Origin: Candidatus Poribacteria bacterium
Lineage (GTDB): Bacteria > Poribacteria > WGA-4E > WGA-3G
Assembly (NCBI GenBank): GCA_965205015.1
Contig: OZ242029.1
Location: forward strand, 4,224,001-4,288,000
Direction of reading: 5' to 3'
DNA length: 64,000 nt
Part shown: positions 49,420 to 60,007 of the stretch, piece after piece
Numbering within the stretch: position 1 is the stretch's first letter
How the letters are laid out: each line of letters begins with the position of its first letter
The notes under the pieces: generated by a model
The model's database searches: none
What the model was told of the DNA's origin: nothing
The model's input: only the letters and a program-made list of their open reading frames with translations
Program-made: the position numbers and the translations under genes

Positions 49420-51213
49420 TTATTGCTTTTCACGCAAACGCGCTTCTAACGCTGCCAATTCATCGGACAACGCTTCGGGCAGTGTTTCCTCGAAGCGTGC
49501 GTAATGTTCCCGAATGGATTCAATTTCGTTGAGCCATTCTTCGACATTGACATCCAGGAGTTCTGCCATTTGCTCGTCTGTTACGTCTAATCCATTGGTA
49601 TCAATGGCACCGGATTCGGGTAAGTAACCGATCGGTGTTTCAACTGCCTCACCTTTACCAGAGACACGTTCCACGATCCATTTCAACACACGACTGTTTT
49701 CTCCGAAGCCGGGCCAGAGCCATCCACCGTCAGCGTCTTTGCGGAACCAATTGACATAGAAAATCTTCGGCAATTTGCTGGTGTCGGTGTTTTTACCCAT
49801 CTCCAACCAGTGTGCGAAGTAATCGCCCATATTGTATCCGCAGAACGGAAGCATCGCCATCGGGTCGCGTCGGAGTTCACCGACGGTGCCTGCGGCGGCT
49901 GCAGTGCGTTCAGAGGAAGCAATGGAACCGATAAAGGTACCGTGCTGCCAATCAAACGCTTCAAATACGAGGGGGACGGTCGTGGCACGGCGTCCACCGA
50001 AAAGGATCGCCGAGATCGGGACACCGTTCGGGTTCTCCCAATTCGGATCGATGATCGGGCATTGCGCAGCGGGGGTGGTATAGCGTGAATTTGGGTGTGC
50101 TGCTGTTTTTGCATCACCGGGGTGCCACGCTTCACCGAGCCAACTCGTGAGGGTTTCGGGGAGCTCTTCGCTCATCTCTTCCCACCAGACATCACCATCT
50201 TCTGTGAGGGCGGCATTCGTGAAGATTGAGTTTGATGCGAGCGTATGCATCGCGTTCGGATTGGTGTCCATTGATGTGCCGGGTGCAACGCCGAAGAAAC
50301 CTGCTTCGGGATTAATTGCGTAGAGTCTTCCATCTTCACCGAATTTCATCCAGGCGATGTCGTCACCGATGGTCTCCGCTTTCCAACCGGGAATGGTTGG
50401 TGTGAGCATCGCGAGGTTCGTCTTACCACAGGCACTTGGGAACGCTGCGGCGATATAGGTCTTCTCGCCTTCCGGACTCGTTAATCCCAAAATGAGCATG
50501 TGTTCTGCCATCCATCCATCGTTTTTCGCCATAATAGAGGCGATACGGAGGGCATAGCATTTTTTGCCGAGCAGGGCGTTGCCACCGTAGCCGCTACCGT
50601 AGGACCAGATAGAGCGTTCCTCGGGAAAATGGACGATGTATTTGTTATCCGAATCGCAGGGCCAGACGACATCGGCTTGTCCGGGTTCAAGGGGCATTCC
50701 GACGGAGTGTAGACACGGCACAAAGTCACCGTCTTCGCCTAAGACATCTAACACGGCACTGCCCATGCGTGTCATAATCCGCATATTCACAACAACGTAG
50801 GGGGAATCGCTAATTTCAACACCGATGTGTGAGATGGGTGAACCGAGGGGTCCCATGCTGAACGGCACAACATACATCGTCCTGCCTTTCATGCACCCCT
50901 TGAAAAGCCCTTTGAGGGTTTCTTTCATCTCATCGGGATCGTGCCAGTTGTTTGTCGGTCCTGCTTCCAGTGGCGTTTTCGCGCAGATAAACGTTCGGTC
51001 TTCAACGCGGGCGACATCGCCAGGGTCAGAACGCGCCAGGTAACTCCCTGGACGTTTTTCGGGGTCTAAGCGAATAAAGGTCCCTTTTTGAACTAATTCT
51101 TCGCAAAGTCGATCGTTTTCTTCTTGAGAACCGTCGCACCAGTAGATAGAATCGGGTTGGCAAAGCGCAGCGGCTTCTTCGACCCAACTCTGTAATTTCT
51201 TGTTTTTGGTCAT
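49420..51213 (-). CDS. pckG: Phosphoenolpyruvate carboxykinase (GTP)
   Basis: [43 protein letters not shown]. Confidence 0.97.
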   Translation of the reverse strand: MTKNKKLQSWVEEAAALCQPDSIYWCDGSQEENDRLCEELVQKGTFIRLDPEKRPGSYLARSDPGDVARVEDRTFICAKTPLEAGPTNNWHDPDEMKETLKGLFKGCMKGRTMYVVPFSMGPLGSPISHIGVEISDSPYVVVNMRIMTRMGSAVLDVLGEDGDFVPCLHSVGMPLEPGQADVVWPCDSDNKYIVHFPEERSIWSYGSGYGGNALLGKKCYALRIASIMAKNDGWMAEHMLILGLTSPEGEKTYIAAAFPSACGKTNLAMLTPTIPGWKAETIGDDIAWMKFGEDGRLYAINPEAGFFGVAPGTSMDTNPNAMHTLASNSIFTNAALTEDGDVWWEEMSEELPETLTSWLGEAWHPGDAKTAAHPNSRYTTPAAQCPIIDPNWENPNGVPISAILFGGRRATTVPLVFEAFDWQHGTFIGSIASSERTAAAAGTVGELRRDPMAMLPFCGYNMGDYFAHWLEMGKNTDTSKLPKIFYVNWFRKDADGGWLWPGFGENSRVLKWIVERVSGKGEAVETPIGYLPESGAIDTNGLDVTDEQMAELLDVNVEEWLNEIESIREHYARFEETLPEALSDELAALEARLREKQ

Positions 51214-51353
51214 CTAAACCTCCAAGTATTGAATATTCTGGTTATTACTTCCATCTATAATTTTATAACATATTTTCGCACTTGGCAAATTAAAAGGATA
51301 AGGTTGTTTATAGTAGATTTTACAATTATTCATGGGATGTTATCAGGAAGCAT

Positions 51354-53291
51354 CTAAAACGCCGCGCCGAGGTTAACGTGGATTTTTCCTCGCAATAGAG
51401 AATCTCCTGCCGCGAGTCCATAATTGATGCGTAAGATACCGCCCCTTGATTCAAGGCGCGCCCCGAATCCGTAGCCGACTCGGAGTGTGTCAAAAACGGA
51501 TGGGGTTTCAATCAAGGTTACAGCCCCTAAATCGGTGAAGACAAAAATTTGCGAATCGGGTCCGACGAGGAATCGGTATTCGAGGTTGGCATACACCCGG
51601 CGCGGTCCAGAGAACCAGTCTTCATCGTACCCGCGCAAAGTGGTCGCACCACCGAGATAGAAGAGTTCAGTCGGAGGGATGTTAACACCCCAGGCAGCGG
51701 CACCGTGGAGTTCAACGGCGATAGTCTGCTTCCGCCATGTTGGAAAGTATTGTTGTAGGGAAAGCCATGCTTTTCGGAGACGGAAATCGCTTCGTGACAC
51801 TTCGAAGGCGATGCTATCACGCCGCCCGCGGGTCGGATTCAGAAAATAGTCCCGGGTATCTCGTGTCAATCGGAATGTGACACTGTATTTCGTACCGATG
51901 TAGGGTGTAGGCTCGGTAGGTAGAATCGCACCTGGATCGGGGAGTACCGGCGTTTGAAAATCGAGCGTAGGGGTTATCCCTGAAGGGGGACCAACATTTG
52001 GTACGTTAATCCGTTTATATCCCAACGTCATAATCCCTTCAAAGACGCGTCCGAAGTTCGTTGTCGTACTGAGGCTACCAGACTGTTCTTCAGAAACGGT
52101 TTCTGAAGCGTTATCAGTGAAACTTTGGAGTTGTCCTCTATTGGGAGTGCGTTGTTCGAGTTGCCCGTATTCTATGCCGATAGTTAGCGGTTTACCGAAT
52201 ATCCACGGTTCCGCGTAGCCGAATCGTAAGATCTTCAGCAGACCGGATTTCCAATAGAGGTTAACCTGTCTGCCCGTTCCTAAGAGGTTGGTTTCGCGCG
52301 CCTCAAACACGCCAGTGAGTTGCGGCGCAGCGTCGGCATCTGAATCCGGTGGTGCATATCCGACAACGCCGCTCAGTTGCCCTGTTCGTGCTTCGGTGAC
52401 TCGCGCGTGGAAGTTGATTTTATCTTCTGTCTCGCCCGCTTCCAACACATTTGGATCAACTTGATAGAAATACCCCAAATTTCGTAAGCGGCGGTAGCTT
52501 GTGTCGATGTCACGCTGCTTGAAGTTTTGGTTTGGTTTCACGTGAATTTCCCGAAGGACTACCTGAGTTTTCGTTTTCTTGAGTCCGCTGACTTTAACTT
52601 CACCTATCCGGACCTGTGCGCCTTCGCGAATATTCAACTCGAAATTGATGGTGCCTGTTTCTGGCAAAAGCTGAATATTCTTGGGCTCAATCTCAACTTT
52701 CGGATATCCGTGTTCACTGTACAGAGTTTGGATGCGTTCAATACCCTGTTCCAATGCCACCTGTGTAAATAATCTTCCCTCTTTTATACCGAATTGATCT
52801 CGAATTTCGGATTCTGAAAGGCGTTGATTTCCCGAAAATGTTAACGTCCCAGTACGGAGTGCTTTACCTTCAACAATTTCTACCGTGATAGACACAAGTG
52901 TCTCGCCGCTGCCTTGTCCAGTTTCAGAAATTATTGTGAGGGTGGGAGATGTCTCCGCGAATATAAAGCCTTCGTCCCGATAGCCTGTTATGATGCGTTC
53001 AAATCCTGCTATAATTTCTTCACGGGAATAGAGTTTTTCTTTTTTCCACCCGAACAGGGTTATCAGTTTTTTCTCATTTAAATGTGCATTCCCATTAAAA
53101 CGGAGCTGGCGAATACGGTAGCGTGATTGTGTCGTCTCTTCTGAGTCGTCGTCTCGTATTAGGACATTTTCCGAGGGGGTGTTCTGTCCAGGATTATCTG
53201 AGCCATACAACAGTGTTTGCGGGTGACTTGCGAGACAAAAGAGGATACTGCTGAAAAGTAGTATGAGTTGTGGAGGTTGAGGTCTGTGCAT
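51354..53291 (-). CDS. BamA/TamA (Omp85) family outer-membrane protein with POTRA domains
   Basis: POTRA repeats, NLLGTG, LRGY motif, C-terminal Phe. Confidence 0.88.
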   Translation of the reverse strand: MHRPQPPQLILLFSSILFCLASHPQTLLYGSDNPGQNTPSENVLIRDDDSEETTQSRYRIRQLRFNGNAHLNEKKLITLFGWKKEKLYSREEIIAGFERIITGYRDEGFIFAETSPTLTIISETGQGSGETLVSITVEIVEGKALRTGTLTFSGNQRLSESEIRDQFGIKEGRLFTQVALEQGIERIQTLYSEHGYPKVEIEPKNIQLLPETGTINFELNIREGAQVRIGEVKVSGLKKTKTQVVLREIHVKPNQNFKQRDIDTSYRRLRNLGYFYQVDPNVLEAGETEDKINFHARVTEARTGQLSGVVGYAPPDSDADAAPQLTGVFEARETNLLGTGRQVNLYWKSGLLKILRFGYAEPWIFGKPLTIGIEYGQLEQRTPNRGQLQSFTDNASETVSEEQSGSLSTTTNFGRVFEGIMTLGYKRINVPNVGPPSGITPTLDFQTPVLPDPGAILPTEPTPYIGTKYSVTFRLTRDTRDYFLNPTRGRRDSIAFEVSRSDFRLRKAWLSLQQYFPTWRKQTIAVELHGAAAWGVNIPPTELFYLGGATTLRGYDEDWFSGPRRVYANLEYRFLVGPDSQIFVFTDLGAVTLIETPSVFDTLRVGYGFGARLESRGGILRINYGLAAGDSLLRGKIHVNLGAAF

Positions 53292-53576
53292 CCATTCTCT
53301 CCATTAAGTTAGAGTCTGTGACATCGAAAATAATTTTAACATGCACGCTGTGCTACAAGCAAACCGGTGCTTCAATAGAGACAATTTCCTGATTGCGATC
53401 TTGTGAGAAATCAATCTTCAATTAGCGCGATACTTTGATGGACGAGAAAAAATTTGATAATAATTCGAAATTGTGGTATCATAATTGGTTAAGGGATGTT
53501 ACATTTATAAATTATTCAAAGAAATTTTGGCAATATGGGCATGAAAGTTACGCCCACAAGGAGATAGATATATATT

Positions 53577-55559
53577 ATGCCAAATGCCTTATTTGTTTAT
53601 CCTAAATTTCCGCCGTCCTATTGGGGTTTTAAGTACGCTTTAGAATTTCTTGGTAAAGAATCATCAATGCCCCCGCTTGGATTGTTGACGATCGCTGGCA
53701 TGTTCCCCAAGAATTATAACTTAAAAGTCGTTGATATGAACATTGAACCGCTGACGGATGCGCATCTTGAGTGGGCGGATGTCGCGCTGACATCGACGAT
53801 GATTGTTCAAAAAGACTCGCTTTATGAAGTTGCCGAACGATGTAATCGAGCATCCGTCCCTATCATTGCTGGCGGCCCGCACCCGACTTCCTACTATGAT
53901 AATATTAAAGAAGAAACAGATGCTGTGATTGACCATTTTCTCTTCGGTGAAGTTGAGGAGATCTTTGAAGAGTTCTTAACCGATTTTGAGAGCGGTTGTG
54001 CGGAGGAAATTTATCGCGAAAAGCGGAAACCGGATATCACGAAGACCCCGCCGCCGCGCTACGATCTTATTGATATTAATGCTTACGGCTCAATGGCACT
54101 CCAGTTTTCACGGGGATGCCCTTTCAATTGTGAGTTTTGCGACATTACGAAGTTGTTCGGGCGCGTGCCACGCACGAAAAGCAATGAACAGATGCTTGCT
54201 GAGTTTGAACTGCTCTATAAACTCGGTTGGGAAGGTGCGATGTTCGTTGTTGATGACAACTTTATCGGTAACAAGCGCGATGCAATGCGTTTACTTCCTG
54301 CTGTGCAGCAGTGGCAAAAGGAACGTCAATTTCCATTTTCTCTCTACACCGAAGCGAGTGTAAACCTTGTCGAAATCCCTGAGATGCTTGACGCAATGAG
54401 CGACGCCGGTTTTAACATGGTATTTCTCGGTATTGAGAGTCCCAATGATGAAGCACTCCTCAGCACCTCCAAAGGACAAAACACCAGTAAAGAGGAGGAG
54501 GCAGGGAGTTACCTCTTGCGCGCAATTAGGAAGATACAGAGCAGGGGCATGGAGGTCACAGGTGGATTTATTATCGGGCTTGATGGCGATACGGAATTTG
54601 ATTCGCACATCAATTTTATTCAAGAAGCAGGCATTCCCATGGCGATGGCTGGCTTGCTGACTGCTTTGAAGGAGACGGACCTTTGGCACCGACTGAAACA
54701 AGAAGATCGGTTGCTTGTAGAATCCAGCGGAAATAATACCGATATGAGTCTCAATTTCGTACCGGAAATGCCGCGCGATGAACTTATTGCGGAATATCGA
54801 CGTGTCGTTTCAACGCTCTATGATCCAACCTTAAAGAACTATTTTGCGCGATGTTTGACATTGCTTGAGCACATGCCTCGAACGTCACACAACGTGAGAT
54901 CGATTCGAATGGAAGAATTGCGTGCCTTTATGCGATCCATCCGGCAACAACTTTTCTCCAGACAAGGATGGGAGTACACCCGGTTTTTGCTGAAGGCTCT
55001 CAAAAACCACCGGAAGATGTTTCCAGAAGCCGTGCGATTGGCAGTCATGGGTTACCACTTGGAGAAAACGACGCGTCATACGATCGCTGTTGAAGATTTC
55101 AGGAACTTCTTAGATCACGAAATGGATACGTTTAAGGAGGAGATCTCACAGTTTTCACACGCACCAGACAACCGGATGAGTGAGATTCAGAACTATTCGC
55201 GGCAACTCTTTGATCGTGTTAAGAAGGAATACGATTCAATTCACGAGGATTTCCGATACGCAGCGCACAGTGCACTTGCCGGGTTTCAGAAGTCGGTGTT
55301 CAAGGAGTACTTGGACGCGGAGTTCAATGCTTTTAAAGCAGCTGTCGGCACTTTCGCTAAGGCACAGACTGAAAGACTTGGTGAGCTCCAGATGTATGTC
55401 CACAATCTCTTTACCCGTGTTCGCGCGCAACATGAGCAACTCCACGACGATTTCAAGCAGAACGTCCAAGAATCTTTTGACGCTTTCCGAGACTCTGTCC
55501 AGCGGCATTTAGAGCAGCTCTTCGGTTCTGTTCCTGTGAAGATTGAAGGATTAAGTTAG
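53577..55559 (+). CDS. B12-binding radical SAM protein (DUF4070 type) with helical C-terminal extension
   Basis: PPLGLLT, SRGCPFNCEFC, DDNFIGN. Confidence 0.9.
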   Translation: MPNALFVYPKFPPSYWGFKYALEFLGKESSMPPLGLLTIAGMFPKNYNLKVVDMNIEPLTDAHLEWADVALTSTMIVQKDSLYEVAERCNRASVPIIAGGPHPTSYYDNIKEETDAVIDHFLFGEVEEIFEEFLTDFESGCAEEIYREKRKPDITKTPPPRYDLIDINAYGSMALQFSRGCPFNCEFCDITKLFGRVPRTKSNEQMLAEFELLYKLGWEGAMFVVDDNFIGNKRDAMRLLPAVQQWQKERQFPFSLYTEASVNLVEIPEMLDAMSDAGFNMVFLGIESPNDEALLSTSKGQNTSKEEEAGSYLLRAIRKIQSRGMEVTGGFIIGLDGDTEFDSHINFIQEAGIPMAMAGLLTALKETDLWHRLKQEDRLLVESSGNNTDMSLNFVPEMPRDELIAEYRRVVSTLYDPTLKNYFARCLTLLEHMPRTSHNVRSIRMEELRAFMRSIRQQLFSRQGWEYTRFLLKALKNHRKMFPEAVRLAVMGYHLEKTTRHTIAVEDFRNFLDHEMDTFKEEISQFSHAPDNRMSEIQNYSRQLFDRVKKEYDSIHEDFRYAAHSALAGFQKSVFKEYLDAEFNAFKAAVGTFAKAQTERLGELQMYVHNLFTRVRAQHEQLHDDFKQNVQESFDAFRDSVQRHLEQLFGSVPVKIEGLS

Positions 55560-55566
55560 TCAGACC

Positions 55567-57108
55567 ATGGCGTCTATTGAGATAGAGAATCTCGGTTTTA
55601 CCTATCCGAGTCGTGAAGCCCCGACACTGCGCAATATTACAACGCGTGTGCCTTCTGGGGCGTTTGTGTTACTGACGGGTCCAACAGGATGTGGTAAGTC
55701 CACTTTACTGCGGACACTCAACGGTTTGATTCCGCATGCTTCGGCGGGAATGTTCACCGGGACGGTCCGTGTTAACGGTCAAGACATCGCCGCCCAATCT
55801 CTGGCGGCCACGTGTCAACAGGTCGCTCTCCTCTTCCAGAATCCCGACGATCAACTCTTTTGCACGCGAGTTGAAGACGAAATCGCCTTTGGACTCGAAA
55901 ATCTCAGTTTCCCTCCCGAAGAAATTAAGGAACGGATTGTTGTTGCCTTGAAACAGGTAGGACTCCCCGACTTTGCATCGCGGGAGATCTCATCACTTTC
56001 TGGGGGGCAAAGACAGCGCGTTGCTCTTGCTGCTGTCTGTGCGATGCAACCACGAGTCCTGCTGTTGGATGAACCGACAAGTCATCTGGATCCGCAGGGG
56101 GCGCGCGACATCCTTACTATCGTCACACAATTGAATACGGGGTTAGGGATAACAGTGATTTTGGCCACCCATCGAACGAAAGAAATTGCTCCGTTGTGTG
56201 ACCATGTATGGCTGATGAACGAAGGACGCCTCTATCTGGATCTGCCCCAAGTGGAAGCATTTCAAGATCTCACGCCATACCAGCATTTAGGTGTGCAGGT
56301 TCCGAAAACCGAGGAATCCTCAGTAGATGCACCCCTATCGAATTCCGCAACTGCATCCCGAAAAGGTACTTACGAAACGACATCGCAAGCTCCTCTCCTC
56401 AGTATCCGCGAACTCCAATTCAGCTATCCGAACACCGATGCGGATGCAGTGCGCTCAATTTCCTGCGAAGTGCCGCGTGGGGAAGTGCTCGCTGTTATGG
56501 GCGCGAACGGTTCTGGTAAGACGACCTTGATTCATCTCATCGCGGGGTTGTTGCGTCCGGCGACAGGCGACGTTGTCATTGCTGGGAAGTCGTCCAGTCG
56601 TCCGAAACTTCATCAATTAGCGGGTAAAGTCGGTATCGTTTTTCAGGATCCAGACCTATTGCTGCAAGCGGAGACGGTTCGAGATGAGGTGGCATTCGGA
56701 CCCAAAAACCTCAAATTCCCCGCACGGACCCTCGAAAATAGGATTGATGGAACACTTGCGCGATTTGACTTACGAGATCTTGGCTCGGAGGCACCTTATT
56801 CGCTGTCTCGAGGGCAACGCCAACGGGTTGCTGTCGCAGCAACCTTTTCACTACACCCCGACCTTTTTCTCCTTGATGAACCCACCACGGGTCAAGATGC
56901 GCAACATCTCCACCAGTTGATGGACGCACTCTGCGACGAGATCCGCCGCGAAAATAAAACCCTCATTTTTGCAACACACGACACGGAACTCACCTTGAGA
57001 TACGCGGATCGTGTCCTCTTATTGCACGAGGGGGCAGTAATTTTTGACGGCGCACCAGATACTGCTTTTGCAAATCCTGAACTTCTACAGCAGGCATCGC
57101 TATCATAA
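55567..57108 (+). CDS. ECF-type transporter ATPase, two fused ABC domains
   Basis: Two Walker A (GPTGCGKS, GANGSGKT), FQNPDDQ, LSGGQ/LSRGQ, DEPT twice. Confidence 0.9.
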   Translation: MASIEIENLGFTYPSREAPTLRNITTRVPSGAFVLLTGPTGCGKSTLLRTLNGLIPHASAGMFTGTVRVNGQDIAAQSLAATCQQVALLFQNPDDQLFCTRVEDEIAFGLENLSFPPEEIKERIVVALKQVGLPDFASREISSLSGGQRQRVALAAVCAMQPRVLLLDEPTSHLDPQGARDILTIVTQLNTGLGITVILATHRTKEIAPLCDHVWLMNEGRLYLDLPQVEAFQDLTPYQHLGVQVPKTEESSVDAPLSNSATASRKGTYETTSQAPLLSIRELQFSYPNTDADAVRSISCEVPRGEVLAVMGANGSGKTTLIHLIAGLLRPATGDVVIAGKSSSRPKLHQLAGKVGIVFQDPDLLLQAETVRDEVAFGPKNLKFPARTLENRIDGTLARFDLRDLGSEAPYSLSRGQRQRVAVAATFSLHPDLFLLDEPTTGQDAQHLHQLMDALCDEIRRENKTLIFATHDTELTLRYADRVLLLHEGAVIFDGAPDTAFANPELLQQASLS

Positions 57109-57292
57109 TTTTTCTCTACCGAGAGTCTTGACAAACCCTTATCAAGTATGTTATACTCTGATTATAGTAAGTCCCACAATTACGTGGACACTGGGGCGAG
57201 GTTAGAAACCTCGCCAGCGGGATGCAGGATGGTGCTGCTACTCCCTGAGGTGTTAACTTATTTTTTGACTTTGCTATAAAAGGAGGTTTCAC

Positions 57293-57688
57293 ATGGTTAC
57301 CCGGGAAGATATTCAAGCGACATGTGATGATATAGTCCGTGAATTTGCACCGCTCCAAGTGATCCTCTTCGGTTCCTATGCCTATGGCACGCCTACAGAG
57401 GACTCGGATGTAGATTTGCTTGTCGTGATGGACATTCCGAAGTCAGAGTTTACTCGTAAAGCTATTGAGATACGACAACGAATTCCCTACCGTTTCGGTC
57501 TGGACCTCTGGGTACGCTCTCCAGAAGAAATTGCGTATCGCGTCTCATATAACGACTGGTTTCTCCGCGAGATCACCGAAAAAGGAGATTCAAGAACCGC
57601 CAAGGATACCCAGCACGCTATACGTATCTGTGACGAGGTGCGCCAAGCCGTTCGCGCACAATTGAAACTCTCAATATCTGTGAATTGA
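57293..57688 (+). CDS. MNT nucleotidyltransferase antitoxin fused to a probable HEPN C-terminal remnant
   Basis: LFGSYAYG...DSDVDLLV; after EITEKG it continues TAKDTQHAIRICDEVRQAVRAQL, resembling the last HEPN helix. Confidence 0.7.
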   Translation: MVTREDIQATCDDIVREFAPLQVILFGSYAYGTPTEDSDVDLLVVMDIPKSEFTRKAIEIRQRIPYRFGLDLWVRSPEEIAYRVSYNDWFLREITEKGDSRTAKDTQHAIRICDEVRQAVRAQLKLSISVN

Positions 57689-57714
57689 CGTTGAAATGGA
57701 TGCCTAAAAGACAA

Positions 57715-58434
57715 ATGCTTAAAAACCTTCAATTCTCCATAACGCTTCTATCCGTCCTCCTCTTCACCAACGTGCTCTACGGTGCTCCGTTAAAAACGCT
57801 CTCCTTAGATTTCACGCGCGAATTGACTGAAAATGATAAAACGGAGCACATCGCAGGCACGCTGCATTACGACGTAAAAGCTACACGCGTTGTCGTTGAG
57901 GTCACCGAACCGCTCAAGCAGATAATGGTTGTAAAGGACAAGGCGTTAGAGATTTATTATCCCGTAGAGAAGCAGGCGTTCCGGTTTATTTCTGAAGGGC
58001 AAATCCCGCTCCCGTTTGTTGAATCCATTGTTCAGTCTACACAAGCGGAGCATGGATTAACCGCGATCGGGTATTCTTTGGAAAAGCACGATATCGTAGG
58101 CGAGGTTCTCTATAGCTACTGGCGTCCCCCTAAGAAAGCGAAAGACCAACTCGGCACTATTATCCTGGGTATGCAGGACGACAAGCTTATCTCTGCCGAA
58201 GTCAAGAATCCGAAAGGTCATATCATCGGCAGATCGCACTATCAGAACCACAGCAGAGTCGGCATGAGCTATGTTCCGATGATGGTTACTTCCAGCACTT
58301 ACGGCGAGAAATCTGAAGTCCTTCAACACGAACACATTGTCTATAGCAACGCACAGGTGAACGCAGATCCACCGAATCCAATACTCAATTTCACAATCCC
58401 TGAATCTGTGGAGGTTAAAGACGTTAAATGGTAA
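57715..58434 (+). CDS. Exported LolA-like fold protein
   Basis: Signal peptide; beta-rich; ends FTIPESVEV as LolA-like proteins do. Confidence 0.55.
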   Translation: MLKNLQFSITLLSVLLFTNVLYGAPLKTLSLDFTRELTENDKTEHIAGTLHYDVKATRVVVEVTEPLKQIMVVKDKALEIYYPVEKQAFRFISEGQIPLPFVESIVQSTQAEHGLTAIGYSLEKHDIVGEVLYSYWRPPKKAKDQLGTIILGMQDDKLISAEVKNPKGHIIGRSHYQNHSRVGMSYVPMMVTSSTYGEKSEVLQHEHIVYSNAQVNADPPNPILNFTIPESVEVKDVKW

Positions 58435-58856
58435 ATCGTCTCGTTCTTTTTTGTCTGTGCTGTTTATCCGCCATTATTTTTGTTTCACCGGCGTTTTCGG
58501 GGGAAGCCTCCGACTTGGCATTCATCCGTGAAGCCAACCCAATTACAATGCCGAGCGCACAGAAAGTTGTCCGTTTTAATCCGCAGGAACCTTCCGAACT
58601 GAAACTCGTCGCGACGGGATTGATTCGGCTTTATCAGAAGTTTGTCTCCAGTCAAGACGGTCCGACATGCAACTTCCAACTGACATGTTCTCGCTTCGGC
58701 ATGGCATGTATACAGGAATATGGTGTCTTACGCGGGATATTGCTGACAGCGGATAGACTCCTCCGATGTAACGGATCGCAGTCGCAACATTACCATAAAG
58801 ACAGCGTAACGGGAAAATACATTGACCCTGTTTCAGACTATGCAACACTGAAATAG
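58428..58856 (+). CDS. YidD-family membrane protein insertion efficiency factor
   Basis: IRLYQKFVS...CNFQLTCS...DRLLRC. Confidence 0.8.
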   Translation: MVNRLVLFCLCCLSAIIFVSPAFSGEASDLAFIREANPITMPSAQKVVRFNPQEPSELKLVATGLIRLYQKFVSSQDGPTCNFQLTCSRFGMACIQEYGVLRGILLTADRLLRCNGSQSQHYHKDSVTGKYIDPVSDYATLK

Positions 58857-59008
58857 TCGAGAAGCTGGTTCACTCCATTCAACTTGGCGGAAATCCGCAG
58901 AAATATCGAATTTTGTCTGGGAATAGACTGGATTTAGTCTGCGGATAGACTAAATCCGTTTCTTGTATTACATTGCAAAAACTCCAAACAAAAACACCTA
59001 CGAGTTCT

Positions 59009-59893
59009 ATGAACACTACGCAAATTCCCAAGTTCCTGCTCATAATCTTCCTCACGCTTACATTTCTATCCTTTACAGCTGCTGAAGAGCCCATTGAATA
59101 CTATACTCCTGAAAACGTCCGTAAATTTGCCGATTTTCTGTATGAACAAGGCGACTATCTCCGCGCAGCGGGTGAATATCAACGTTATCTCTTTTATCAG
59201 CCACAAGAAAGCGAGCAGATACGCTATAGAATTGCCCTCTGCTATCGTTTTGCGGGGGATATAGAACAAGCCGTTCAAAATTTTCAGACACTTTTACGGA
59301 TGCATCCTGAAGGAGGGTTCGTGAGTCGTGCTTACTATCAGATCGGTGCGACCTATTTCTTGCAGGATCAGTTTGCACAATCCGCACGATTTCTACATCA
59401 AACGCTGCCGCGCATAACGGATACACGGCAGCACGCCGAAGCCGAGCAGCTGATCGGGCTCTCTTATCTGATGCAGAAACAGTGGTCGGAAGCAGGTGAG
59501 ATCTTCAAGACATTGCAGGGGTCGAAAGTGGCTTCAGTCGGGCAAAAGGCGGTAGTGTATCACAATTTTGCAAAGGCGGGTGCGCGTTTGCCCACCCGTA
59601 GTCCGTTTTTAGCTGGGGTGCTCTCTACAATCATTCCTGGAGCTGGACGACTCTATACGGGCAGGCTCAGCGACGCGCTTAATGCTTTGATGGTTGTTAG
59701 CATCACGGGTTGGCAGGCTTACGATGGTTTCCGAAGGGATGGTATATCATCAGTGAAGGGGTGGACGCTCGGCACGATCAGCGGTATCTTCTATGTCGGC
59801 AATATCTACGGCTCAGTCATTTCAGCTCGCGTTTACAATCGCCGGATAGCAGACGAATTTTTGGCAACATTATCTATCGAATTGCCGTATTAA
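59009..59893 (+). CDS. TPR protein with C-terminal membrane domain
   Basis: TPR helices; SPFLAGVLSTIIPGAGRLY motif. Confidence 0.8.
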   Translation: MNTTQIPKFLLIIFLTLTFLSFTAAEEPIEYYTPENVRKFADFLYEQGDYLRAAGEYQRYLFYQPQESEQIRYRIALCYRFAGDIEQAVQNFQTLLRMHPEGGFVSRAYYQIGATYFLQDQFAQSARFLHQTLPRITDTRQHAEAEQLIGLSYLMQKQWSEAGEIFKTLQGSKVASVGQKAVVYHNFAKAGARLPTRSPFLAGVLSTIIPGAGRLYTGRLSDALNALMVVSITGWQAYDGFRRDGISSVKGWTLGTISGIFYVGNIYGSVISARVYNRRIADEFLATLSIELPY

Positions 59894-60007
59894 AATGGCT
59901 ATTGGCTGTCAGCAGTCGACAGTCGGCAGAATATGTGGCGGTGTAGGAGGGGTTTGTAACCCCGAAACCCAGCGGAAGTTGGTAGCGAATTTTCCAATCT
60001 TAATCGA

